Source of the DNA: Camelus ferus
Taxonomy: Eukaryota
Direction of reading: 5' to 3'
DNA length: 64,000 nt
Assembly: GCF_009834535.1 (NCBI RefSeq)
Contig: NC_045697.1
Location: 83,516,001-83,580,000, forward strand
Below, piece after piece: positions 1-11,165 of this stretch; the first letter of the stretch is position 1, and each line of letters starts with the position of its first letter. The translations under genes and the position numbers were made by a program. The notes under the pieces were generated by a model that saw only the letters and a program-made list of their open reading frames with translations, made no database searches and was not told the DNA's origin.

Positions 1-417
1 TAATGAAATATATCCAAGCTTTTATGAATTTTCAGCACATGTAGTTAAACACAAATAGCGTGAGCCTGTATTACATGGTGTAGCAGTGTATGCTCAAGTG
101 ACCTCTCTGTGGTCTCAGGTCTATTTGATCTAGAGTTTGATGCAAAGCTCAGTGAGTAAAAGGAAATTCCTTGTTAGCCCAATGCCTTTTCTACACTAGG
201 GACAGAGACCTTATGTTCAATGGAGTCCTTTTCCTCTTTTTACCCGTCCCATGTCCTCATCCAGATCTGGGAGAAGGAAAGAGAGGCATTCTTACTTCTC
301 ATACATCAGTTCATCTGCCTAACAGGTTGCCCCTGGGACCAGTTAACAGGATGAAAACTCGCTCATTTTAATGCTGCAGACTGAATGTTTGATTTTCTAT
401 TCTATTCTACTTTTCAG

Positions 418-575
418 ACTATATTTTCTGTGAGTCCTGATCCAGTGACACAAATGTGCTGCAATGGTGACATAAACTATTGACTGAGACTGGAAGTATC
501 TGAAACACCACCTTTTCTTCTTTCATTTTGTTTATGGTGCTTCTGTTGGAACGGCCTGAGCAAAGTATATACAAC
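418..575 (+). other. NDST3: 5' UTR portion of the first coding exon of NDST3
   Basis: Pyrimidine tract ttttctattctattctacttttcag ends at AG 416-417, 158 nt upstream of the ATG at 576. This matches the NDST layout of a large first coding exon preceded by non-coding exon(s). Confidence 0.8.
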
Positions 576-1556
576 ATGAGTTTTATCCTGAAGCTGCACA
601 GACACTTTCAAAGGACGGTTCTTCTGCTTGCCACATTCTGTATGGTGAGCATTATTATTTCTGCGTACTACCTGTACAGTGGCTACAAGCAGGAAAGTGA
701 GCTGTCTGAGATGGCTGCAGAAGTAGACTGCGGGGACTTCCAGCACTTACCATATAGGCTAATGGAAGTGAAGACAGGGAAGCTCTCGGATGCCTCGAGG
801 ACAGACCCCACCGTGCTGGTGTTTGTGGAAAGCCAGTACTCGTCACTTGGTCAAGACATCATTATGATTCTAGAATCCAGTCGATTCCAGTATCACATTG
901 AAATTGCTCCCGGAAAAGGGGATCTCCCAGCACTTACAGAAAAAACTAGAGGCAAATATATTCTCATTATTTACGAGAATATTTTAAAGTATATAAATAT
1001 GGACTCTTGGAATCGAAGCCTTTTGGATAAATACTGTGCCGAATATGGGGTAGGCGTCATTGGATTCCACAAAACCAGTGAGAAGAGCCTACAGAGCTTT
1101 CAGCTGAAAGGTTTCCCTTTTTCTCTCTATGGAAACCTTGCTGTGAAAGGCTGTTGTATTAATCCTCATTCTCCGTTGCTTCATGTGACCAAATCTTCTA
1201 AGCTTGAAAAAGGTTCTTTACCGGGAAGTGACTGGACAGTTTTCCAGGTTAATCACTCAGCCTACCAACCAGTAATATTTGCCAAAGTAAAGACCCCAGA
1301 AAACCTTTCTCCTCCCATCTCTAAAGGTGCTTTTTATGCCACCGTTGTACATGACCTGGGGCTCCATGATGGAATTCAAAGAGTTCTTTTTGGCAACAAC
1401 TTGAACTTTTGGCTGCACAAGCTCATCTTCATAGATGCTGTTTCCTTCTTGTCAGGGAAGAGGCTGACATTGTCCTTGGACAGGTACATACTTGTGGATA
1501 TTGATGATATCTTTGTGGGAAAGGAAGGTACAAGAATGAACACCAATGACGTGAAG
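576..1556 (+). CDS. NDST3: Bifunctional heparan sulfate N-deacetylase/N-sulfotransferase 3, coding exon 1 (aa 1-327)
   Basis: Translation [37 protein letters not shown]...[27 protein letters not shown] matches NDST3 as recalled. It has a short cytoplasmic tail, a type II transmembrane segment and the DIDD deacetylase motif. It is 981 nt and ends in phase 0 at donor AAG|gtaagg. Confidence 0.97.
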
Positions 1557-3319
1557 GTAAGGCTGTCTTATCTCAAAGTGTCAGAGTTTGGTTCATCTTT
1601 CAGTAGGTTGCCTGGGGCTAGGCGTTTTCCGGGACATAATGTTTTATGACTTGATTTGATTGGGAGATTCTTAGGCAAACTGGAATGAGTTGGCTACCCT
1701 CAGCTCTTTTTGAGACATGGGGCTATATCTCAGCCTTAGAACAACTAATTAGATATATATTTTTTCTTTGAATCAAGAAAAAAATGAAGATTGTACAAAA
1801 GGACTGAGTGTGGCAGAATCCGGAAATGCATTTCTTTGTATATTTCTATGTGTATTTAAAACTACAGAGTGGAAACCACTTTGTTTAATTACTGTCCAGT
1901 GCAGTTATCTACCTTAGTAAACTATTACTAACCTAAGACTTTAGTCCCTTTAAATATGAAATCAAGGTGAATTTGTTTTAATGAAAATAAATACTCCCAC
2001 AAATTTTCAAGAATTAAAGATCTTATAAGTAGCAAGTTCAGATATTTTTGGAAGTCATATGTGCAGCTCATTTTCTCTTATGACTTTTTTGAAACTCTAA
2101 AAATTAGCACTACTAAATATGGAGCACTGTGAATACACAAGCATACTTATTCATGTAGAAACATAAGGGTTTGCATTAACTTTCAAAATTCATTGAACAC
2201 CTCTGGTACACATATGAAGCCTATCATGCTACATTTATATTGGATTTGATTTCTCATTGTGTAAAACTGCTGCCTCTAGATAGAAAACAATTATCCAAAG
2301 ATAGGTGGTTATTATTGTGGATGGATTGTATTGCATAAACAACTGGCTGTTTAATATGAATGGAATTTAAAATTAAAATGATCCTCATTTATCTTCATTT
2401 CCCATTCAAAATGCCTTTGGATTCTATCTCTATTATACTATGTATTGATTTCTCATAAAAGTGAAAGGAGAGATTTTGATACGTAGTTTTTTTTTCTGTA
2501 CAGCTTTGACCTTTTGGTAAAATATAAAGAACTAAATCCAATGGGGATAAAAAGTGTTGAAAACTGTATTCTTTTCTCCAGACACTAAGCATCTGGCAAA
2601 TAATAGTAATGTTCATCATACTACTTAAATGAGCTAAGAATACCAGAAGGACCATTAAATGTTATTAAATGTTACCACAAGAGAGTGTGAAGACTGAAAA
2701 GAAAAAAAAACCTTCATATTCTTGGCAACATTATAAACTCTTCCGTTTAAGTCAATATAAATGAATTAATAAAGAAGTTGTACTTAAGTTTTCATTAGTC
2801 TTCTAAAATAGTCTTTGAAAATGTAGCTAAATTAAAACCAAGCTGATAGTTTAAACATTATGTCCTTGAAAATTATAAACAATATATAATTCTCTTCCTA
2901 ATTTTTCCATTTCAAAATGTTATGACAAAAATGTTTTTTAAGGTTTTATTTCTGAAATATGTCTTTAAAACTGCCAAAATATGTTGTTATGCCATTTTAA
3001 AATATGCTAGATAAATCTCTGAGTTTTTTATGCCAACCCTACTATATCCTCTAAAATTATACAAAATACAAAATGCCTTTAGTGGTCTAAAGGTTAAGCC
3101 ATTTTTAAGTGGTATAAAAAATTAAAACCTTACTGAATACATTCATTAAGAATTTAATATGTGTAAAATATTTTGTGAATTGCTCACACCTAGATGGGGA
3201 TATATTTTCTAATCAACCTAAAGGCTTAAAAGAAAGTGTATTTTGAATTATTTGGTTTTTTTAACCACTTCTAAACTGTATCTATGATTGTGTCTCAAAC
3301 AATAGCCTAAACATAGTCA

Positions 3320-3590
3320 TTCACTCATTCATTCATTCTTTCATTGATTCATTCTGTAACTAGTTATTAAGCGTGTACTACATATGAAGTATTTTTGGTG
3401 GTAGGTAAATAGAGTCATAAACCATGATCTCATCCTTTTAGAAGAGAAGGGGAGGGGAGTACAGTTACAGAAGCCCAGAAAGTACAGAAGATCGTGCTGA
3501 GCAGCTGCCTGCTCAGGACTTGAAATGGCCAAATCACATGATGCCAGGCACAGAGGCAGGCACTAGGGATACAAAGGAAAAGCGTGGCTC
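3320..3590 (-). mobile_element. LINE-2 3'-end fragments
   Basis: cattcactcattcattcattc tail followed by gccaggcacag...ggcactagggataca, typical of an antisense L2 end. Confidence 0.55.
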
Positions 3591-3849
3591 CCCCTTAATG
3601 AGCACACTACTACTGTCTTGCTGGGGGGGGGGGGGTAGGGGTGATAAATAGGTAGATCTATTTGCAATGTCATGAGTACAACAGTAAAGGTGCCTGCATG
3701 GTTTTATACAAGTAATGCTGTGTGAAACACAACACTGTGTGCTGCGCACCAGAAAACTATTAAGTCCTATTAAGCAGAACAGATTTAGAAGGCAAGACTG
3801 TAGTGATATGATGATTTGGGATGCTGGAGCGATGATATTCAGAGAAAAG

Positions 3850-4800
3850 AAGGAGATTTCTTGAAACTAGGAAATGAGACTAAGCAGACAGAAGGACCAA
3901 TTTAAGAACCATACAGAAGGTAAAACTGAACAACTCGGTAGTTGGATCAGTGGAGCTGAAAGAGCATATAGTCAAGGACTACATTAAAAGTTTAGCATAG
4001 GTGAATGACAGTTGAGTATTCCAACAACAAAGAAGGAGGAGAGAACAAGAAGGTCATCGTGGAGGTCTTTAGAGGTCATATTAAAATTTTCAGTTTTATT
4101 GAAGTGCATCTGGGATATACAGGTATAGATGTTTGGCAGGTAGTTGGTTCACAAGAGAAGTCTGAGCAGAAAGTATAGGTCTTGAAATTATCTTTCTATA
4201 TAGGGAATGGCTCAAAGCGTGAAAATATGTGAGATCAGCCAGGGAAAGGGTTTATAGAGTGATGAGGGCTTAAGAAGATCAAGTGCAGAATCTTGAGGAA
4301 AATCACCTTTCAGAAACCAAGTGGAGAGAGAGGATCCCATGAATAAAATCAAAAAGAACAGTCAGAGACCAGAAAGCTATGATGCTACAGAAACCTTGGG
4401 CATGAAGAGCTTCATTGAGGGTGTGACCAGCAGTGTAAACTCTAACAGTAGCGTCCATTGAGGGAAGAACTGGCAAGTCTCCTTTGGCAAAAGATAAAGG
4501 TCATCGGGAGCTCTTACAAAATCCAGGGTATGGAGTGATCAAGACCGCGGCACAGCTGCAGAAAGTTCAGGAGTAAATTAGAGGGTTAAGATAAGGAGGA
4601 GGAGAGTGTGGCATACTCAGTGGAGAAATTTTGATATAAAAGGGAGAAGAGTAGTTAGCTGGAGGGTGGACTGCAGTTGGGGTGACCAACCATCCCAGTT
4701 TGCTTGGACTGAGGACATTCAATGCTAAAACTCAGAGTCCCAGGCAAACTGGAATGATAGGTCTTCATATCCAAGGCAAGGGAAGGATTTCTTCCTAGGA
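3850..4800 (-). mobile_element. LINE-2 body fragment
   Basis: Degenerate purine-rich sequence with L2-like phrases (agtcaaggactac, gagaagtctgagcagaaagtata, gaaaccaagtggagagag). Confidence 0.55.
4678..4767. mobile_element. MER81-like hAT-Blackjack MITE
   Basis: ggggtgaccaaccatcccagtttgcttggact...caatgctaaaac...agtcccaggcaaactggaatgataggtc forms an imperfect palindrome matching the recalled MER81 consensus. Confidence 0.7.
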
Positions 4801-5015
4801 AGGTCCAAGAGCACGTGGTCTAAGAAAAGGTCATGGATGTGGTGATTAATAGTACATAATTCATAGAAACATTTTAATCAAATTCTTTTATTTAATAATT
4901 ACCACTAATGAGCAAGTGTTTTATTTTCCCTATTTGATGTATTTGGAAAATTGAAAGGAATGTGAGAAAATTGAAGGTAACATAGAATGTTTCTTGCAAA
5001 ATTAGAAGGATGGTG

Positions 5016-5021
5016 TATATA

Positions 5022-5071
<50 letters not shown>
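5016..5071. repeat. (TA)n microsatellite, perfect run about (TA)21 at 5030-5071
   Basis: Read directly from the sequence. Confidence 0.97.
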
Positions 5072-5078
<7 letters not shown>

Positions 5079-5449
5079 TTTAACTACTATGCTAATCACT
5101 GCAAGAGGGGGGTTTTTTCCTTACGTGGAACCAAAAACAAATCTGTTTATTTAATTGGAAAATTAGAATTAGCAATGCAGTAACAGTTTTTACCTGCCTA
5201 GCTACTGAATAATATGAGCATGTTTTAAAGAGTCTCAAAGCAACAGAAGAAACTGTGATGTGGCACAAAATATATGGCTCTTCAAGAGGAAGGAAATAAA
5301 CGACACACCTAAGGTGTTGTCTTCATTAGTTGCAGAAATTACAACCCACAAGCCACAGCCCTTAAGGAACCAAAGAACATAGTTTGGACAATTAAAATAT
5401 TCTTCAAAAGTGGCAGTACTACTTTCAATTAAATTGAAGTCAGGAAAAG

Positions 5450-5451
<2 letters not shown>

Positions 5452-5506
<55 letters not shown>
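5452..5506. repeat. (GT)27 microsatellite
   Basis: Read directly from the sequence. Confidence 0.97.
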
Positions 5507-5507
<1 letters not shown>

Positions 5508-5889
5508 TTGAACTACAAGGACAAGGCTTGCCTCTAATTCACCATGGACTAGTTTTGTGATGTTAGAATATTCAAGTTCCTAGTGTTCTAAGACCTATCC
5601 TCAAACTTCCTGAGACTAAGCTTACAGAAAGGGCTTCTGGAGAGGGAAAGTGGTGTATAAATAGCTGCTTCTCCCGTGAAAGCATTTTAAAGTTACACAT
5701 GAAAGCACAGCACGACCGAATGAATACTAACAATTCAAATTCTCTCTTACAAGAATGAATTCGCTCTTGGCCTAAGATTCATTAGAGCTTTAGACTCACA
5801 CCATTTCATGTAACGTTCCACCCCTAAGATAGATGGGAAGTGGCAAAGAGAGGAGACTCTGATAAAAGTGGACTTTCAGGGCTTTACAG

Positions 5890-6660
5890 AACTGTCTGCG
5901 GCTAGACTTGGAACAAATGGAAGAGCTGTATGATCACGCCTGTTTCTCCCGCCTTCTCTTTCTGTAATAGGCACACATTCTCTTTCTAACTTTGACAAAC
6001 TTTCTAACATCCATGAGAAAATGAAGAACCAGCCCGGCCGCAACCGAACACACTAAAGAGCCTCTAGTCCGATTGGAGGGACCCGCGGCCATTCCCTCTC
6101 CTCACCACCCCAACCTTTCCCACTGTCCCCTCGCCCTTCACTATTCCTTAATTTGGCTGGTTGTAGATTACCCCTGAAATCTACATTTTTAAGTGGCCGT
6201 ATAAGAGAGGACAGTTCTTCAATCTTTGATACAATGCCAGGAGTGACTTTCATTCTTTTCCACGCTAACTGAAGGTCTCAGAGCGCCTAGGGAAAAGGAA
6301 GTGCTGAAAATAGCAGTAGGAAGCCGTACAGACCCGTGAACTAAGCGGTATCCGGCTTAGGAGTCAGACTTGGCTGACTTCTCCATCTTGCTAAAAGCTG
6401 ACCCTCAGGGCTGGAACTGGAGTGTGAAGGGACCTCCGTGCTGCCTGACTTCACCCTCTCACGAGAACCCTCCCTGCCCCAGCTGCGATCAAGCCAGAGG
6501 CTACGGAAAATCATTGAGAAAGAACCTGACATTCCAAATGTTTGGCAGGGGCAAGGCGACTGCTATCAGTTATTCTGTCATAAGTGAAAAAGAAGGGAAA
6601 CAAATTTCTCCAGATAGTTCTCTATGGACCATGCTCTGGATGGATGTCAAGGCCCGTTCA
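5890..6660. promoter_or_regulatory. CpG-enriched intronic element (candidate enhancer or alternative promoter)
   Basis: More than 20 CpGs by eye in about 770 nt against a CpG-poor background. Contains ccgattgg (reverse CCAAT), tttctcccgcc and aggaagtg motifs. No repeat family recognised. Confidence 0.35.
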
Positions 6661-7261
6661 TAGCACCAATCTCTTTTTCCCTCCAAACTCATATTTCTCA
6701 AATTCCTTTCCATTATCTCTGATGTTTCTCATCTTTTATTTGCTAATATCCATTATAATTGCATTATACTCTGGAAGCATGTGTCTGTCTGATACCAATA
6801 CCTTACATTTGCTAGAATCACTTTATGACCAGACACAATATACCTTGTGTACTTGACAACAACATAGTCTCCAGTCAAGGTGTACCTATCAGCTCAACTT
6901 TGTTAACTGTGTTGTTCTAACTTCTGTGTTCTTCCTGTTTTGATCTCTTTTGGAGGGAGGGGAAGGAATGGGGTATGCTACTTGATGTTACCAAATTGGG
7001 TGTGTTTAATTCTCCAGCTCTGATAGCGGATTGTAAATATTTCTGTTTTTCTGTCAATTTTTACATTATGTATTTTGAAGCTATGCTATTTAAGGATGTG
7101 TATGTGTACATATTTATATATTAATTTAATATTTTATTATTCTGTGGTTATCTTAATACTAATATAGCTACACTACCTTTTTTTGCTTATTCTGTAAAAA
7201 TTATACTTTATCTCATCTTTATATTTGTTCTCTCTTCTGTCTTTACATTATAAATTAGTTT

Positions 7262-7348
7262 CTTTTTTAAATGGAGGTATTGGGGATTGAACCCAGGACT
7301 TCATGTATGCTAAGCATGTGCTCTGTCACTGAGCCATACCCTCCCCCC
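7262..7348 (-). mobile_element. tRNA-derived SINE (Vic-1-like, short form)
   Basis: Reverse strand reads ggggggagggtatggctcagtgacagagcacatgcttagcatacatgaagtcctgggttcaatccccaatacctccatttaaaaaa (A and B boxes). Perfect 12-bp TSD ataaattagttt at 7250-7261 and 7349-7360. Confidence 0.9.
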
Positions 7349-7849
7349 ATAAATTAGTTTTGAAAACAACTTTCTATGAATTTTGCTTTTTATCTACTAT
7401 GTCAATATTTGACTTTTAATTAACAAGATTAGTCTACATACTTTTAATATGGTCATTGATGTGATTAATTTCACAGCTACTTTATTTTGTGCTTTATATT
7501 TGTCCCAGTTGTTCTGTTTCTTCTTTTCTCTCCCTCTGTCCTTTATTGCCTTTATTGTCAGTTTTCTTCTTTTTTCTACCCATTCTTGGTTTGAAATATA
7601 TATATTTTATCTCCACTAGTAGTTTCTCAAGAAATGTAAACATATGTGCTAAGCAAGTGCTAACATTAATATCCTCACACCTTAGTCAAAAAGTACAAAG
7701 TACTTTTATCTCCAATCGTGTCCACTCTCCTTTGACTGATGAACCATTCCTGTTTTGAATGTTAACTATGTTGTTGTTTAATCCCAGATATTAGACATTA
7801 TTATTTGTACTACCATCAACTTTTTGATTAGATCAACCTATTCCTTTTC

Positions 7850-8612
7850 AATAAATAGGCCAGAGTGATGTCATTAACATATAATTCAATTCATGTCCTC
7901 CTTCTGCTCAGAACCGTCCAGTGACTTCCGGTCTCCCCAACCCTAAAAGCCAAAATTCTTAGTCTTTTATAGCCTCTCCTTAACTCCCTGGTCACACGCC
8001 CTGCTCCCCTACTCTTCACTCTTCACCTCCCTATCCTCCTTGCTGTTCCAGCTCTTGCTTCAGGGAGTTGCACACACTGCTCTTTCTGCCTAAAATGTTT
8101 TCCCCCAAATTGGTACATAGCTCTCTTCCTGACTTTCTTCAGGTCTTTGCTCAATGTTACCTTGTCAGTGACGTCTTCTCTGACCATTCTCTAAAATTGC
8201 AATCCACAAACCTTCTCATCTTTTCCTGCTATTTTCACCCCTGCCACCTATGATCATCAATAGCGTGCTGATATCAGCACACACATGCTCACCAGGTCAA
8301 TTGTGTACATCTCTTCCCAGCTTCAATAACATGGCAGTAGTTCGACATTTTGGCATGGGCATAGTATTACCATAGAAATTGGCAAATGCTACAAATTCAG
8401 GCTTTTTTTTTTCCCAAACAGCCAGTTGTTAAAGGTTCAACAGCACACTACTGGACATACTATATGTATTTACTTATTTATGTTGGTTTGTGGCATTGGC
8501 TACTAAAATGTAAACTCGACTACAGCAAGATTTTCTCATCTGTCTGTTCACTGAGGTATCCCCAGCAGCTAGAAGTGTGCCTAGCTCCATATATATCTGC
8601 TGAATGAATGAA
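7850..8612 (+). mobile_element. LINE-2 3' fragment
   Basis: Pyrimidine-rich L2-like body (tcaggtctttgctcaatgttacc...tctgaccattctctaaaattgc) ending in gctgaatgaatgaa. Confidence 0.7.
8257..8454 (+). mobile_element. MER63A-like hAT DNA transposon remnant
   Basis: Imperfect terminal inverted repeats (TIRs) tcaatagcgtgctg / cagcacactactgg. Internal catctcttcccag and gaaattggcaaatgctacaaattcagg match the recalled MER63 consensus. Confidence 0.7.
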
Positions 8613-9869
8613 TCTCATTCTTCCTGGAGCACATCCTTTAGATGTTCCTTTAATGAGAGTCTATTCATGGTAAACTCTCTCCAATTTTATGAAATGCAAA
8701 TTTCTTTTTTCGCCCTTGTCTTTGAAAGATAGTTTTGTTGAGTTTACAATGCTTAGTTGATTGTTCCCTCATGGATAACCATTGCTGCTTGTTCTAGGAA
8801 AAATAGGGCTCCCAAGAAGTCACCTGAATGTTTGTGGTTGTAAAATGTGTCAGAATCCCACTGGTCCCTAATTGTTTAATAATTGTCCAAAAGTTAGGCT
8901 ATTTGGGACTGTTCTTATGAATGTATATGACATGTTTCTCTTTCTTTTGGTTTGGTGGAATACTTATTTCTAAATTTGATATAATGTGATTTATAATATA
9001 TAGGAAAATACATCATTCTCAATATTATCAAAATCAAATAGCCATAGTGTGCTAACAACTAAAAAACAATTATATTAAGGAAATAATTTTCCAGAAATAA
9101 TTTTTGACAATAATTTAGCATGGGGAAGTAAGAAAATAGTTTAGCAAAGGGAAAAACTATTTCATATCCATAATCTACTTACACTTAAAACATTTTATTA
9201 AATTTGTTACATTGTGGGATGGATTGTATCTCTGTTACTGTTAATATCAAAGAATTATTTGTTATGAAATGGCATTCTCAGATAATGAGTTCTAAATTAT
9301 TTAAAGGATACAAAATGCTGTTACTGAACTCTCCATGAATGTATAAACAGAATATCTGGTGACTAATTGCATTTTAAAGGTCTGATACAATGAATCCTTC
9401 CCAAGCATGATAAACAACAGGGCCATCATAGGCAGTACTAAAGTTCAACTAGGCAATGACAAGTTTTACACACTGGGTAAGCAGAAAATTACAAGAAGAA
9501 AATCCTGAGTACAGAGTTAGGTTCTAGATATATTCAGCTCAGTCTGGAAGTCACTAGGTGCTGTGATAAGGATTTCGAGGAGTACACTGATGAATAATGA
9601 AACACAATTTTCTGTAAAAGAAGTGAAGAAAAGGAGAAACTTTTACTATATGCCGGTTATTGGGTTATGTCCTCCCTTGGATTGATTTTTTTCAAACATT
9701 CCATAATTCTTGGAAATAAATCAAACAATAAAATCAAAATATTTTCTTTTGAATTTCTGTGCTGATGGCTTATAGGCTCATAAAAGATGTAATTATTTTA
9801 TGATGATATATTTGGGGGTACTTAGCTACTCCCAAACTAGGTAACATTTATTAAGTACATACATTGTTT

Positions 9870-10080
9870 TGTGTTTTATATTTATTATCATTTAATTCTC
9901 AGAAAAATCCTATAAAACAATGACTATAAGTACCATCACTTTACATGAAGAAAATGAGGTTCACAAACTAACTAAGATTGACTTGCCTAAGATCTTTCAA
10001 CCAGCAAGTGACAGTTCCAGGATATAAAATGCTACTCCACCTGGCTCCAGAAACTGAGCTTTCCCACCACACGCTGCTCC
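9870..10080 (-). mobile_element. MIR SINE
   Basis: Core actttacatgaagaaaatgaggttcac...gacttgcctaagatc. Confidence 0.65.
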
Positions 10081-10868
10081 CTAATTGTACCCTAATATAG
10101 TACTATGGTTTCCATGTCAAATCCTTCCTCCTAAATTCTACTTTATAGCAAGTTATATACAAGATAGAATCTATTGTAATTTGATGGGTTATATCTGAAG
10201 CTTTGACCTGGATTTCATTATAAGTTTGGAACAAAAATTAGCATCAATCACTTCTTGAAATACCTTAGACTCAAGTAACTGCAATGATTTGGCCAAGGCA
10301 GATCTTACTTGAAGATATGACTAACAAGTTCACCTTCCTATGCACTAGTGTCTTCTTTCTAGGCACTTCGCAGTTCTGGTAACTATTATCAGTTTAGCAG
10401 TTTTGATTGAATTAGGGTGGCAATAATGACAGATACAATTATGGTGCTAACTCAACTGAAGAATAGAAATTGCCCATAATTCAGATAATTTAACTTTTTA
10501 TCTCTGTACATACTCAGATTTTACAGTCCCTTTGGTGTTTTAATATGCTTTATATATAGGCATTCCTAACATTTTTTTTGAGCACACAAATGAATTTTTT
10601 AAAAATGAAGTAAATTCTAGTATATTGTCTCTTAGTCTATAGGAAGAATGAATTAATAGCTAAACTTTTTTTTATTCTTTTATAGACCTTTTATGCGTAA
10701 TGAAACAGTAGCTCAGATACTAAATAGATCTTAAAATCACAATGTTAATCTAGAATAAATTATGAGACCTACTTGACATTTGTAGACTAAGGAAACATAG
10801 TCAACTAGTCTTATGAAACTTCTAAGTGTACTAAAAGTTTTAAAGGATTAAAATTTACTCATTTGGTA

Positions 10869-11027
10869 GCAACTTATGGTGAAAAATAATATGAAAATGA
10901 ATATATGTATGTTCATGTATGACTGAAGCATTATGGTGTACACCAGAAATTGACACATTGTAAACTGACTATACTTTAATAAAACTATATATATAGAAAA
11001 AAACTTTATAATTAAAAAAATTTTTTT
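10869..11027 (+). mobile_element. 5'-truncated young L1 3' end
   Basis: gtacaccagaaattgacacattgtaaactgactatactt plus A-rich tail. Perfect 17-bp TSD aatttactcatttggta at 10852-10868 and 11028-11044. Confidence 0.88.
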
Positions 11028-11165
11028 AATTTACTCATTTGGTACATACTGAACTTTTCCCTTAAAAGATTAGGTGCTTCTTCATTTCCATATTAATAAT
11101 TATAATTATTATAAATAATAATTCATAGTTACAATTATTAATTACACCAATTACTAAAATAGCTA

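Larger units (their letters stand above)
6950..8790 (-). mobile_element. Ancient L1M fragment interrupted by a SINE, an L2 and a MER63-like element
   Basis: tctccagctctgatagcggattg...tgtattttgaagctatgctatt (antisense ORF2 start region) and, after 8615, tggtaaactctctc...ttgaaagatagttttgttgag (antisense ORF1-like). Confidence 0.55.

Noticed and set aside
162..170. NF-kB-like ggaaattcc upstream of the exon
   Set aside because: Isolated short motif in an intron, expected by chance.
528..1649. 373-aa ORF taken as a complete single-exon gene
   Set aside because: It starts at a TTG and runs through a canonical donor at 1557. NDST similarity stops at DVK and resumes at 41533.
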